From contig CAVUFF010000011.1 in NCBI GenBank assembly GCA_963740655.1, positions 502,834 through 566,833 of the forward strand: a stretch of 64,000 bases of DNA, read 5' to 3'. The notes beneath the pieces are model-generated. The model did not search any database. It was not told where the DNA came from and saw only the letters and a list, made by a program, of their open reading frames with translations. How positions within the stretch are numbered: position 1 is the stretch's first letter; each line of letters opens with the position of its first letter. The stretch is from an uncultured Acidobacteriota bacterium. Its GTDB lineage: Bacteria > Acidobacteriota > Vicinamibacteria > Fen-336. The position numbers were made by a program, and so were the translations under genes. Shown piece by piece: positions 1 through 10,266 of the stretch.

Positions 1-189
1 GCCATCGAGGTCGGGACAGTGGGCGCATTCCCGCCACGCGTCCGGGTCGGTCGTCACGGTCCGTCCTGACTCGACCACCCCGGTGTGGTCGACCCGATAG
101 CCGAAGACCCTCCCCTTGACCTCCTTGTTGGGGGTCTTCACGAGGGTGGGCGGGTACATTCTCCCGTAGCAAGCCGAAGGGTGCGGCAT
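1..189 (-). CDS. Hypothetical protein, N-terminal 63 codons only (MPHPSACYGRMYPPTLVKTPNKEV...). The gene runs off the window start.
   Basis: ATG at 189 (minus strand) is preceded by a GGGAGGAG ribosome-binding site. The frame stays open to position 1. No recognisable motif. Confidence 0.3.
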   Translation of the reverse strand, partial: MPHPSACYGRMYPPTLVKTPNKEVKGRVFGYRVDHTGVVESGRTVTTDPDAWRECAHCPDLDG

Positions 190-237
190 TTCACTCCTCC
201 CGACATAGGCGAGGGCCGGCAATGAAGTCCATGTCAT

Positions 238-1290
238 TCACAGGATCGCGTTGAAGAGGTATCCCGTGACGATGATCGCCACCGTCACGACGCCGACGAA
301 CACGGCGATGAGCCGCGGCTTCAGCACGCGGCGCAGGAGGATGGTCTCGGGAAGGCTGACGCCCACGACGGCCATCATGAACGCGAGCGCGGTGCCGAGC
401 GCCGCGCCCTTCTCCACCAGGGCCTGCAGGACCGGCGCCATTCCGGCCGCGTTCGAGTAGAGCGGCAGGGCGGCGAGCACGACGAGCGGCACCGACCACC
501 ACGCAGCGTCCTTGCCCATGTATCCGGCCAGCGCGTCCGTCGGGACATACCCGTGGATGCCGGCGCCGACACCGATGCCGACCAGCACGTACAGCCAGAC
601 CTTCTTCACGATGTCGCGGACCGAGTCGCGTGCCTGCCCGAAGCGATCCTCCCAGGCAAGCCCCGCAGATTCGTCGTGGCCCTCTCGGAACTGCGCGCGC
701 CAGACGAAGTCCTCGACGTAACGCTCCAGCCGGAGCCGGCCCAGAACGAGGCCGGTCACGATGGCGATGGCCAGTCCCGAGCTGACGTAGAGCGCCGCTA
801 CTTTCCAGCCGAACATCCCGAACAGCAGGATCAGCGCGACCTCATTGATCACCGGCGCCGCGATCAGGAACGAGAACGTCACGCCGAGAGGGATGCCGGA
901 CTCGACGAAGCCGATGAAGAGCGGGACGGCGCTGCACGAGCAGAACGGCGTGACGATGCCGAGCGTGGCCGCGAGCACGTTGCCGATCCCGACGCGTTTG
1001 CCGCTCAGCAGCCGACGCGCCCGCTCGGCGCTGAAGAACGACCGCACGACGGTGATGACGAAGATCATTCCCGAGAGCAGCAGCAGGATCTTGGGCACGT
1101 CGTAGAAGAAGAACGCGACGGCATCGCCGAGATGCGAGCCGCGAGGCAAGCCGACCAGCCCAAAGGCGATCCAGCGCGAGAGCGGCTCGATGACCAGGTA
1201 GAGGGCGGTCCAGACGAGCGCTTCCAGGGCCACCCGCCACCAGGCGCCGACGTCGGGCTTGGCCGTGATGGTGCTGGGTGCGCTTGTCAT
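238..1290 (-). CDS. Predicted permease (DUF318/YraQ-like). In this family it is typically found after ArsR and a thioredoxin-like protein.
   Basis: Polytopic membrane protein with the TPFCSCSAVP motif characteristic of the family. The start is taken at the internal Met (MTSAPST), because the upstream part of the track ORF overlaps the thioredoxin-like gene in another frame. Confidence 0.7.
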   Translation of the reverse strand: MTSAPSTITAKPDVGAWWRVALEALVWTALYLVIEPLSRWIAFGLVGLPRGSHLGDAVAFFFYDVPKILLLLSGMIFVITVVRSFFSAERARRLLSGKRVGIGNVLAATLGIVTPFCSCSAVPLFIGFVESGIPLGVTFSFLIAAPVINEVALILLFGMFGWKVAALYVSSGLAIAIVTGLVLGRLRLERYVEDFVWRAQFREGHDESAGLAWEDRFGQARDSVRDIVKKVWLYVLVGIGVGAGIHGYVPTDALAGYMGKDAAWWSVPLVVLAALPLYSNAAGMAPVLQALVEKGAALGTALAFMMAVVGVSLPETILLRRVLKPRLIAVFVGVVTVAIIVTGYLFNAIL

Positions 1291-1322
1291 GCGTGTCTCC
1301 ACTCGACCGACTGCTGGCTCGC

Positions 1323-1583
1323 CTATGAGAGGCCGAGGAGCTTCCGGACCTCCTCCGTCTTCGGAATGCGTCCAGAGAGGACGACCTTCCCATCGAAGAC
1401 GATCGCTGGGGTCCGCATCACTCCGAGGTCCGCCATGCGCTCGACCGACTCGGTCTTCTGGACGAGGCAGTCCAGATGCGCTTCGTCCACGACGTGACGA
1501 ACGACCCGGAGCGTCTCGTGGCAGCGAGCGCACCCGGGTCCCATCACCTCGATCACGTTCACCGTTGTCGTCATCTGCTCCAC
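1323..1583 (-). CDS. Thioredoxin-fold redox-active disulfide protein (CXXC). Small arsenic-operon-associated type.
   Basis: 86 aa with a GPGCARCHE CXXC motif. Sits between arsR and the permease on the same strand with 3-30 bp spacing. Confidence 0.7.
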   Translation of the reverse strand: MEQMTTTVNVIEVMGPGCARCHETLRVVRHVVDEAHLDCLVQKTESVERMADLGVMRTPAIVFDGKVVLSGRIPKTEEVRKLLGLS

Positions 1584-1586
1584 CTT

Positions 1587-1988
1587 TCAGGATGCCGCCC
1601 GCCCCAAGCCGAATCGCCCGAGGTCGAGACCGGCCTCGCACAGGTCGGTCCGTGACACCCGTCGCAGCTTGCGGACGATGCGCTCGTCCTGACGCACGAC
1701 CGCGTCGCCTCCGATCTGGCCCCAGACGTGGTCAAGGAGAGCGCATGCCTCTGGTGCGACGGCCAGGCGGTACGTGACCCAGCGCCCATCCCGCCGCTCG
1801 TCGGCAAGACCGGCCCGCTTCAGGTCGGCCAGGTGCTCCGAGACGGTGGACACGGGCGCGCCCAGGGCCGCCGCGGCTTGACAGACGCAGAGCCCGCCGG
1901 AGCGAAGCATGGCGAGGAGCCGGAGTCGAGTGGGATGCGCCAGGACCTTCAGCGTGCCCGTGAGCTGCGCGAGCGGACTCGTGGTCAT
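1587..1988 (-). CDS. arsR: ArsR/SmtB-family metalloregulator
   Basis: HTH with an LCVCQ metal-binding motif, plus AHPTRLRLLAML and RDGRWVTYRL. These are classic ArsR signatures. Confidence 0.85.
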   Translation of the reverse strand: MTTSPLAQLTGTLKVLAHPTRLRLLAMLRSGGLCVCQAAAALGAPVSTVSEHLADLKRAGLADERRDGRWVTYRLAVAPEACALLDHVWGQIGGDAVVRQDERIVRKLRRVSRTDLCEAGLDLGRFGLGRAAS

Positions 1989-2004
1989 TTCTTCTCTCTC
2001 CTCT

Positions 2005-2793
2005 TCACACGGTCACGGCCGGCCGGATCTTCTCGAAGATGGCCCGTAGGCGCGTCCGGTAGGCGACCCTGAATGCTTCCTCGTCCTCAGCGAGCGGGCG
2101 CACCGGCACCAGGTCGATGAGCTCGGCAGCCGACAAGCCCGATTCCGTCATCGCGCGGAGGGCTCCCCTGACCATGTGGTCCATGCCATCGGCCGCGGCA
2201 CCGCTTCGGAGACCGAAGCCCTCCGCAAGCGACAGCAGCTCGTAGAACTGGAACCACAGGTAAGTCGGGCCCATGCCCGTGAGCAGGGCGTAGGCCTCGA
2301 GGTCGGATTCGGCCACCTCAGGTGCGTCGCCGAGCGGCGTCATCAGCCTCGCGAGCGCTTCGCGGTCCGCTGCCGTGAGCCCCGGCGCGTACGCGGCAGG
2401 GTTGAAGCCGGCGCCGACGATCGATGGGGCGTTCGGGATCACGCGCGCGACGCGGGTTGACGGACCCAGCGCTGCGGAAATCTCGCCGATCGTGAGCTTG
2501 GGAGCCAGCGACACCACCAGGGACGCCGCGGACAGCCGTCCGCGCAGCTCGGCCAGGACGGTCCGCAGGGCCGGCGGGTGCAACGCCAGAAAGACGACCC
2601 GTTGACCGGCGGGCACGAGGTTGTCGCCGAGGACGGTCACGGCGTCCGGGGCGATGGCGCGCACGGCATCGAGGGCCGTGGCCGACGTGTCGCTGACCAC
2701 GACCCGCGCAGGCCGGTGTGCGGAACGCGACCAACCCTTGAGGAAGACGCGCGTGACGCGGCCCCCGCCGATGAAACCGACCGAGGGTGCCAT
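2005..2793 (-). CDS. Pyrroline-5-carboxylate reductase (ProC)-like NADP oxidoreductase
   Basis: N-terminal Rossmann motif (VGFIGGGRV). Length and C-terminal region are ProC-like. It abuts arsR on the same strand. Confidence 0.55.
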   Translation of the reverse strand: MAPSVGFIGGGRVTRVFLKGWSRSAHRPARVVVSDTSATALDAVRAIAPDAVTVLGDNLVPAGQRVVFLALHPPALRTVLAELRGRLSAASLVVSLAPKLTIGEISAALGPSTRVARVIPNAPSIVGAGFNPAAYAPGLTAADREALARLMTPLGDAPEVAESDLEAYALLTGMGPTYLWFQFYELLSLAEGFGLRSGAAADGMDHMVRGALRAMTESGLSAAELIDLVPVRPLAEDEEAFRVAYRTRLRAIFEKIRPAVTV

Positions 2794-2992
2794 CTGATCC
2801 CTCCCCTGGAATGCGGGCCGCCGTCATTTCGGCGCTCCCCGAAACGACGGACTGCAACCGCCGCGCCAGCCATAAGGTCTTGATTCATCGGGTCCCTTGG
2901 CGGACGGGAGGCGCACGGCCTGCGTGGCGCGGGACGCGCAACGAACGGATTACCGCTTCTTCGGCGTTGACGGCATCCCTGGAGTCGGATAT

Positions 2993-3366
2993 ATGGATAC
3001 CCGTATGGCCTCGCAGGTGCTCGACGTCCGGTCCTTCTCCCGCCTGTTCAAGGCGCTGGGCGACGAGACGCGGCTCCGCATCGTCGCGCTGCTCTCCCAC
3101 GGCGAGCTGTGCGTCTGCCATCTCGAGGAGGCGCTCGCGGCTGTCCCAGCCCAAGGTCTCGCGCCACCTGGCCAGCCTGCGGGCGGCCGGTGTGGTCGAG
3201 ACCGGCGCGACGGGACCTGGGTGTACTACCGCCTCATGCGCCAGCCGGACGCCGACTGCGAGCGGCAGCTCCGGGGGCTCGTCGCGACCTTCGCCAAGCG
3301 CATCGCGTGCTCCGCAAGGACCTGGAGCGCCTCGTCAAGGTCCGCGGTCCGGAGTCCTGCAAGTAG
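2993..3366 (+). pseudogene. arsR: arsR (second copy), disrupted by about 3 single-base frameshifts
   Basis: Frame A reads MDTRMASQVLDVRSFSRLFKALGDETRLRIVALLSHGELCVCHLEEAL. Frame B then reads LSQPKVSRHLASLRAAGVVET. Frame A resumes with RRDGTWVYYRLMRQPDADCERQLRGLVATFAKR. A third frame gives LRKDLERLVKVRGPESCK with a stop at 3366. Confidence 0.7.
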
Positions 3367-3387
3367 CACGCCTCGAAAGGAGCGCTC

Positions 3388-3901
3388 ATGGAGCCGTACA
3401 ACGTCCTCTTCCTCTGCACTGGCAACTCGGCGCGCAGCATCATGGCCGAGGCGCTCCTGAACTACTGGGGCCAAGGGCGGTTCCGCGCGCTTCAGCGCCG
3501 GCAGCCAGCCGAAGGGCGAGGTCCATCCGCTGACGCTGGAGACGCTGGAGCGGACGCACTTGCCCGACGGACGGCGCTGCGCAGCAAGAGCTGGAACGAG
3601 TTCTCCGGCCCGGAGCGCCCCGAAGCTCGACTTCGTGTTCACCGTGTGCGGCAACGCGGCGAAGGAGCAGTGCCCCTACTGGCCGGGCCAGCCGATGACC
3701 GCGCACTGGGGCGTGGACGACCCCGCCGCGGTCGAGGGCACGCTCGAGGAGCAGCGCCGAGCCTTCGAGCGCGCGCTGCGCGAGCTGGACGCCCGGATCA
3801 AGCTCTTCATCAGCCTGCCCATCGACTCGCTCGACAAGATGGCCCTCCAGGAGAGGCTCCGGGACGATCGGCCGCACTCCCGCGACGAAGGACTGAGGTG
3901 A
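3388..3901 (+). pseudogene. arsC: arsC (LMW-PTP/thioredoxin-coupled arsenate reductase), disrupted by about 3 frameshifts
   Basis: MEPYNVLFLCTGNSARSIMAEALLNYWGQGRFRA is followed by three frame switches (FSAGSQPKGEVHPLTLETLERTHLP, then LRSKSWNEFSGP, then APKLDFVFTVCGNAAKEQCPYWPGQPMTAHWGVDDPAAVEG). Joined, they reconstitute a canonical ArsC. The ribosome-binding site GAAAGGAG sits before the ATG. Confidence 0.75.
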
Positions 3902-3922
3902 CGACCGGACGCGGCCAAGCGG

Positions 3923-4996
<1,074 letters not shown>

Positions 4997-5364
4997 GCCG
5001 CCTCGTGCACGATGCTGAGCGTGCTTCTGCGGCCTACGCGGCGCCAGGGGACTCCTATCGAGTCGCGATCGTACGGGACGCATCGTCAGCGGGAGTGACG
5101 GTGAAGTTTAGGGCAGGGCCCGACTGAACGTCTCCACGCGAGGCTGAGACTGCATCGGCCACCGCCCCTGGACATCGAAAGGACTCGGACGACGCGCCCC
5201 AAGAGAGCCGGGACGGGGCGGGCTCGAGGCCCCCTCAGCGACCCAGGCTACCCGCCGACCGGCCCCTCTGCCGCGATCATTACTGGACGTCTCCTTGGGG
5301 TCCAACGACCAGCCCCGCAGCGGTGAACGCCTCAACCTCAGGTCGAGTGGCGCTGACCACGCCC

Positions 5365-6777
5365 CTAGGCGCGGACGGCGCCCGCGCCGGCCGCGAAGGC
5401 GCGCTCGTTCAGTGTCAGGAGCGCCGGCTTGTGGCGCAGCGCCTGGCGGATCGCGGTGAGGTAGGTCTCTTCGGGGAAGAGGCGAGTCGCTTCGCAGAGC
5501 GCCCCGAGCGCCACGACGTTCTTGGCCATCATGAAGCCGAGCTCCTGCGCCAGCGCCGAGCACGGCACGCCGTGCACCCGCACCCGCGGGTCGAGCTTCG
5601 GCGGATCCGCTACCACCGAGCGATCGTAGACGGCCACTCCGCCCGGGACGACGGCCGGTCCGAAGCGGGCGAGGCTCGGGGCGTTGAACGCCACGAGCGC
5701 GTGCGGCGCGGGCGCCGCGGGCGACAGCACCTCGCGCTCGGCCACCCGCACGTCGGCGTACGAGGTGCCGCCGCGCGACTCGGGCCCGTAGCTCGGGATG
5801 TGCGTGGCGTCGAAGCCCTCGTTGATCGCCGCCCGCGCGATCAGCATCGCCGCGGTCTGGGCTCCGTCGCCGCCCGCCCCCGCGAGCTTCAGGGCGACGT
5901 CGGGGCCATAGAGCTGCCTCGGGAAGCCCTGGCAGAAGCGCGGCGCGGGCTCGGCGCCGGCGCCCACCGCCGCGGCGACCGTCGCCGGCTCGAAGCTCGG
6001 CCGCCGCCACTCGCTCCAGGGCTCGCAGGCCACGTCCTTCTTCACTCCCAGCGGGAACACCTTGGTCATCTCGTCCCGCACCCAGCACTCCGCCTCGTGC
6101 GGCGTCTTGCCGAGGTGGAGCGGGCACTCCGCGAGCACCTCGACGAACGCGAAGCCGCGGTCGTCCGCCTGCAGCGCGAGCGCCTTCTTGATCGCCTTGC
6201 GGGCCTTGACGCGCTGCTTGGGGTCGTAGAGCGCGACGCGCTCGACGTAGCTCGTGCCGTCGAGCTGGGCCACGAGCTCGGCCATCTTGATCGGCTGGCC
6301 CATCATGCGCCCGCGCCCCGTGGGAGAGGTGGCGGTGCGCTGGCCCATCAGTGTGGTCGGCGCCATCTGCCCGCCCGTCATCCCGAAGACCGCGTTGTTG
6401 ACGAACACCACGCTCAGCGGGATACCGAGCTGGCACGCGCTTATGATCTCGGCGAGCCCGATCGAGGCGAGGTCGCCGTCTCCCTGATAGCTGATCACCA
6501 CCGCGCCGGGGTTGGCGAGCTTGTGGCCGAGCGCGACCGCCGGCGCGCGGCCGTGAGCGGCCTGGGTATGGCCGACGTCCAAATAGTAGTAGAGGAACAC
6601 GCTGCAGCCCACCGGCGAGATCGCGACGGTGCGGTCCTGGATCCCCAGCTCCTCGATCGCGTCGGCCAGGTAGCGGTGTACGAGCCCGTGACCGCAGCCG
6701 GGGCAGTAGTGGGTGCTCTTCCCCTTCAGGCCCTCGCCCTTCGCGTGGCGCTCGAAGCGCTCGTAGTAGACGCTCAT
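5365..6777 (-). CDS. 2-oxoacid:ferredoxin oxidoreductase, fused beta (TPP-binding) and gamma subunit
   Basis: N-terminal TPP-binding region (HYCPGCGHG, YQGDGDLASIGL). C-terminal gamma/POR domain (KLAGAGGDGAQTAAMLIARAAINEGFDATHIPSYGPESRGG). A 4-bp ATGA overlap with the upstream gene. Confidence 0.8.
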   Translation of the reverse strand: MSVYYERFERHAKGEGLKGKSTHYCPGCGHGLVHRYLADAIEELGIQDRTVAISPVGCSVFLYYYLDVGHTQAAHGRAPAVALGHKLANPGAVVISYQGDGDLASIGLAEIISACQLGIPLSVVFVNNAVFGMTGGQMAPTTLMGQRTATSPTGRGRMMGQPIKMAELVAQLDGTSYVERVALYDPKQRVKARKAIKKALALQADDRGFAFVEVLAECPLHLGKTPHEAECWVRDEMTKVFPLGVKKDVACEPWSEWRRPSFEPATVAAAVGAGAEPAPRFCQGFPRQLYGPDVALKLAGAGGDGAQTAAMLIARAAINEGFDATHIPSYGPESRGGTSYADVRVAEREVLSPAAPAPHALVAFNAPSLARFGPAVVPGGVAVYDRSVVADPPKLDPRVRVHGVPCSALAQELGFMMAKNVVALGALCEATRLFPEETYLTAIRQALRHKPALLTLNERAFAAGAGAVRA

Positions 6778-8168
6778 GCGAACAGCTCCTGTGGTGTCTC
6801 GGCGCGCACGCCGCCCAGCACGGCATCGATGATCTCGCGCTCGGCCGGCAGCACTCCGCCGTAGCTGCGGAGCGACTCGATGCGCGGTAGCGGGACGCCC
6901 GCCGCCGTCTCAGCGTGGCTCAGCGCGAGCCGCAGCTCGTCTTCGAGCTGCCCGTGGCTGGCCTCGACCACGATCAGCCGCTGCAGCCGCGGAAGCAGAG
7001 GCAGCAGGAAGCGGATCGGGAACGGCCACAGCGTCTGCGGGCGCAACAGGCCGGCGCGCACGCCCTGCGCGCGCAGGGTCTCGACCGCGCCCTTGGCCAT
7101 CCGCGCCGGCGTGTTGCAGGCGATCAGCACCACCTCGGCGTCTTCGCAGTGGACGAGCTCCGCACGCTGCTCGCGCCGCGACATCTCCGCGTACTTCGCC
7201 ACGAGGTGCCGGTTGTGGGCCTCGAGCTCCGGCTCGGACAGGTGGATCGAGGAAATCAGGTTGTGCCGGTGGCTCGCGTCTCCCCAGACGGCCCAGCCCG
7301 GAAGGCCGGGCTTGGTGAACGTGCGGGGCAGCTCGACCCGGCCCGTCACCTGGCCGAGGTAGCCGTCGGCGACCAGGATCACGGGCGTGCGGTACTCGAA
7401 GGCGAGCTCGAAGGCCAGCAGGGTGAAGTCGAGCATCTCCTGCGGCGACGAGGGCGCGAGCACGATCGCCTGGGTGTTGCCGTGGCCGAGCCCGCGGCAG
7501 GCGAGCTTGATGTCGGCCTGCTCCGGGGCGATGTTGCCGAGGCCGGGGCCCCCGCGCATCACGTTGACGAACACGCCCGGCAGCTCCGCGCCGATCATGT
7601 ACGAGAGGCCCTCGAGCATCAGGCTGAACCCGGGCGATGAGGTGAAGGTGAGCGAGGGCAGGCCGGCCGCTCCGCAGCCGTACATCAGGTTCACGGTCGC
7701 CACCTCGCTCACGGCCTGCAGGAAGACGCCGTCGAGCTTCGGAAGCAGCTTCGCCATCAGCTCGGCGCCCTCGCTCGAGGGCGTGATCGGGTAGCCGAAA
7801 AAGTGGCGGCACCCTGCGAGGAGCGCCCCGATCGCGGAGGCGTGCGTGCCCTTCGTGACGATGGGCACGCTCTGCGGAAGCGGCAGCCGGACCGGCGGCA
7901 CCGTGGCGGCGGAGGCCTCGTCGGGCGCCCGTGCCGGGACGAGGCCCGCCTCGGGACGCATCGCGTAGGGCTCGGGGCAGGCGTCGAAGCACAGCGCGCA
8001 GCCCGAGCAGTTGGCGAGATCCACGAGGACGGGGACGAGCCCCGTCAGCGGGTGGATGTCGTGGCCGGCCTCGATGCAGCCTCGCGCGCAAGCTTCGATA
8101 CAGCGCCCGCAACCTTTGCAGTACTCGGGGGCCAGCAAAGGCTTTGCAGCTGAGCGAGTTGAGGGCAA
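6774..8168 (-). CDS. 2-oxoacid:ferredoxin oxidoreductase, fused delta (2x[4Fe-4S] ferredoxin) and alpha subunit. Start codon uncertain.
   Basis: CKGCGRCIEAC...CSGCALCFDACP ferredoxin motifs are followed by alpha-subunit domains (PITPSSEGAELMAKL, GVFVNVMRGGPGLGN). The track ORF extends to 8285, but that N-terminus is low-complexity. A TTG near 8168 or 8138 is more plausible. Confidence 0.75.
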   Translation of the reverse strand: MPSTRSAAKPLLAPEYCKGCGRCIEACARGCIEAGHDIHPLTGLVPVLVDLANCSGCALCFDACPEPYAMRPEAGLVPARAPDEASAATVPPVRLPLPQSVPIVTKGTHASAIGALLAGCRHFFGYPITPSSEGAELMAKLLPKLDGVFLQAVSEVATVNLMYGCGAAGLPSLTFTSSPGFSLMLEGLSYMIGAELPGVFVNVMRGGPGLGNIAPEQADIKLACRGLGHGNTQAIVLAPSSPQEMLDFTLLAFELAFEYRTPVILVADGYLGQVTGRVELPRTFTKPGLPGWAVWGDASHRHNLISSIHLSEPELEAHNRHLVAKYAEMSRREQRAELVHCEDAEVVLIACNTPARMAKGAVETLRAQGVRAGLLRPQTLWPFPIRFLLPLLPRLQRLIVVEASHGQLEDELRLALSHAETAAGVPLPRIESLRSYGGVLPAEREIIDAVLGGVRAETPQELFA

Positions 8169-8217
8169 GTGGCTCCTCCGCGGACCATCTCGTGCAAGAG
8201 GCGGGCCACGTTGCCGA

Positions 8218-10266
8218 TCACTCCCCGGCTGGCGAGTCGCTCCTCCGCCGGCGCAGCAGGCGCGCGTAGACCGGCCGATTCGCACCCAGGTGCTGGGCCG
8301 AGGCGCGGCCGCTCAGCCATGCGGCGTCCATCGGGTAGACGTCGGGGTCGAAGATCACCAGGTAGAAGTGCCAGACCAGGATCGCGAGCGTCGCGAGGAT
8401 CGCCTCGTACCAGTGGATCGCCGTCGCGGCGTCCATCACCCAGGTCGGGAGCACGCGCAGGCTCCAGCTCTCGAACCACAAGAGGAAGCCCGAGCCGGCC
8501 ATCACCAGCGTGCCCCATACGAAGGCCCAGTACTCGATCTTCTCCGCGTAGCTGAAGACGCCGAAGCCCGGGCGCTCGGCGCGGCGGCCGAGCGCCCAGC
8601 GGAAGAACGCGACCAGGTCCTGCGCGTCCTTCAGGCGCGGCAGCATGCGGCGCAGGGCGTGGCGGTCGCGCCGCACGCGCAGCAGGTGCACGCCGTGGTA
8701 CGCGCAGGCGAGACACAGCAGGACTGCCGCGACACGGTGGACGAGGCTGCGCAGCGCGAGGTGGCCCTCGAAGGCGACGAGCGGCGCCGCCCACCACGAC
8801 TCGGGGAACTTGAGCGCGAAACCGGTCACCACCAGGACCGGGAAGCTGAGCACGACGAGGCCGTGGGCGATCCGGAAGTTGCGGTTCATGCGCGGAACGG
8901 TCCCCGCGGCGCCGTGGCCCGCGCCGCGGCGCCGGAGCTTGCGCAGGAAGTCGAGGCCGTTGTGCAGCAGCATGAAGCCGAGCGTCGCCGGGATCAGCGT
9001 GACGTAGGCGAGGCGCACGAAGCGCACCACGGCGTGCTCGCTGCGGCTGTTGGTCGTGACGTGCACGGGGCCGATCCCGAAGCGCTCCCCGGCACCCGGG
9101 TGGCATGCGCCGCAGGTCTTCGCGAGGTTCGCGGGGTGCACGGTTGAGCGCGGGTCGCTCGAGGGCAGGATGTTGTGGATCCCGTGGCAGGACGCGCAGT
9201 TCGCGACGCGGAGCGAGCCCGCACGCCCGGCGAGGCCGTGGAAGCTGTCCTGGAAGGCCGGCACCTTGTCGCGCGGCAGGTTGTACTTCGCGACCAGCCG
9301 CTCGTCCGCGTGGCAGCGGCCGCAGGTGACGCTCGACACGCGCGCGGGGTTCACGAGCGAGCCGGGCTCGGAGGGCGCCAGGATCGAGTGCTCGCCGTGG
9401 CAGTCCGTGCAGACCGGCGCGCCGTCGTGGCCGCGCGCGAGGGCCTGCCCGTGGATGCTCGCCGTGAAGGCGTCCTTCACCTGCGCGTGGCACTGGCCGC
9501 AGGTGGCGGGGACGTTCCAGCGGTTGATGCGCGACGAGGCGTCCTTCGCCTTGCCGATGTCGTGCGCGCCGTGGCAGTCGGAGCAGGAGGCGGCCTTGTC
9601 GTTGCCGCCGGCGAGCGCCTTGCCGTGAACGCTCAGCTGGTAGGCCTCGATCGGGCGCGCCAGGCCGAGCTGGTGCCGCGCCAGGAAGTCCGGGTTCGCG
9701 TGGCACCGGCCGCAGGTCTTCGGCAGGTTGCGCTTCGCGACCTCGGAGGCGGGGTCGCTGCGCGGCTTGAACTCGTGGATCGCGCCGTGGCAGCTGCCGC
9801 AGCCCGGCACCTCGGAGCCGCCGTTGCGCCGGCCGTGGACGCTCTTCTCGAGCGCGGCCTTCTCGTCGGCGTGGCATGTGGCGCACGAGGGCCTGGCCGC
9901 GGGCGCGGGGTGGGGGTAGTCCTTGACCTTATCGTGGCAGTCGCCGCAGCCGAGCGTCGCGTGGGCGCTGGTGGCGCGCTTGTCCTTGTCGACGAACAGG
10001 CTCGCGCCCTTCTCCGAGTGCAGGTCCTTGTCGCCGTGGCAGGCGAGGCAGTCCGCGTCGGCGGCCAGCGCCGCGCGGCCCGCCAGCAGCAGCACGGCGA
10101 GCACGCAGGCGCGCGCGCCGAAGTGAAACGAGACGCTTCCGCCTGGCGGACCCGAAGGCCCGCCGCGGATCACAGGATTCTCCGGTTGCGTGCGGCCCGG
10201 AGCAGCTCCTCGCGGAAGTCCGGATGCGCTACGGCGACGAGCGCCTGGGCGCGCTCGCGCAGGCAC
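8218..10266 (-). CDS. Multiheme cytochrome c (11 CXXCH) fused to a C-terminal HydC/FdnI-type cytochrome b membrane domain (CbcL-like)
   Basis: Eleven CXXCH motifs (CLACH, CGDCH, CATCH, CGSCH, CGRCH, CSDCH, CGQCH, CTDCH, CGRCH, CASCH, CGACH). A signal peptide. C-terminal 4-5 TM helices with conserved His (HNGLDFLRKL, AHGLVVLSF, YHGVHLL, HWYEAILA). The start may be a GTG near 10173 rather than the ATG at 10266. Confidence 0.8.
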   Translation of the reverse strand: MPARARPGARRRSASGLPRGAAPGRTQPENPVIRGGPSGPPGGSVSFHFGARACVLAVLLLAGRAALAADADCLACHGDKDLHSEKGASLFVDKDKRATSAHATLGCGDCHDKVKDYPHPAPAARPSCATCHADEKAALEKSVHGRRNGGSEVPGCGSCHGAIHEFKPRSDPASEVAKRNLPKTCGRCHANPDFLARHQLGLARPIEAYQLSVHGKALAGGNDKAASCSDCHGAHDIGKAKDASSRINRWNVPATCGQCHAQVKDAFTASIHGQALARGHDGAPVCTDCHGEHSILAPSEPGSLVNPARVSSVTCGRCHADERLVAKYNLPRDKVPAFQDSFHGLAGRAGSLRVANCASCHGIHNILPSSDPRSTVHPANLAKTCGACHPGAGERFGIGPVHVTTNSRSEHAVVRFVRLAYVTLIPATLGFMLLHNGLDFLRKLRRRGAGHGAAGTVPRMNRNFRIAHGLVVLSFPVLVVTGFALKFPESWWAAPLVAFEGHLALRSLVHRVAAVLLCLACAYHGVHLLRVRRDRHALRRMLPRLKDAQDLVAFFRWALGRRAERPGFGVFSYAEKIEYWAFVWGTLVMAGSGFLLWFESWSLRVLPTWVMDAATAIHWYEAILATLAILVWHFYLVIFDPDVYPMDAAWLSGRASAQHLGANRPVYARLLRRRRSDSPAGE

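Noticed and set aside
5000-5364. ~365-bp gene-free region between the acr3 remnant and the OFOR operon; considered tmRNA/6S or another ncRNA
   Set aside because: I could not find the diagnostic tmRNA tag-ORF or tRNA-like end (GGTTCGAATCC...CCA) or any convincing conserved structure by eye. It is left as unannotated intergenic DNA.
5108-6826. 572-aa minus-strand ORF and many similar long Arg/Ala/Gly-rich ORFs (for example 6910-8112, 10375-11505, 13104-14201, 20155-21324, 24999-27104, 46103-47680, 55464-58157)
   Set aside because: Their composition (RGRA/PRRA runs) is typical of off-frame translation of 70% GC coding DNA. Each overlaps a well-supported gene in another frame or on the other strand and carries no motifs.
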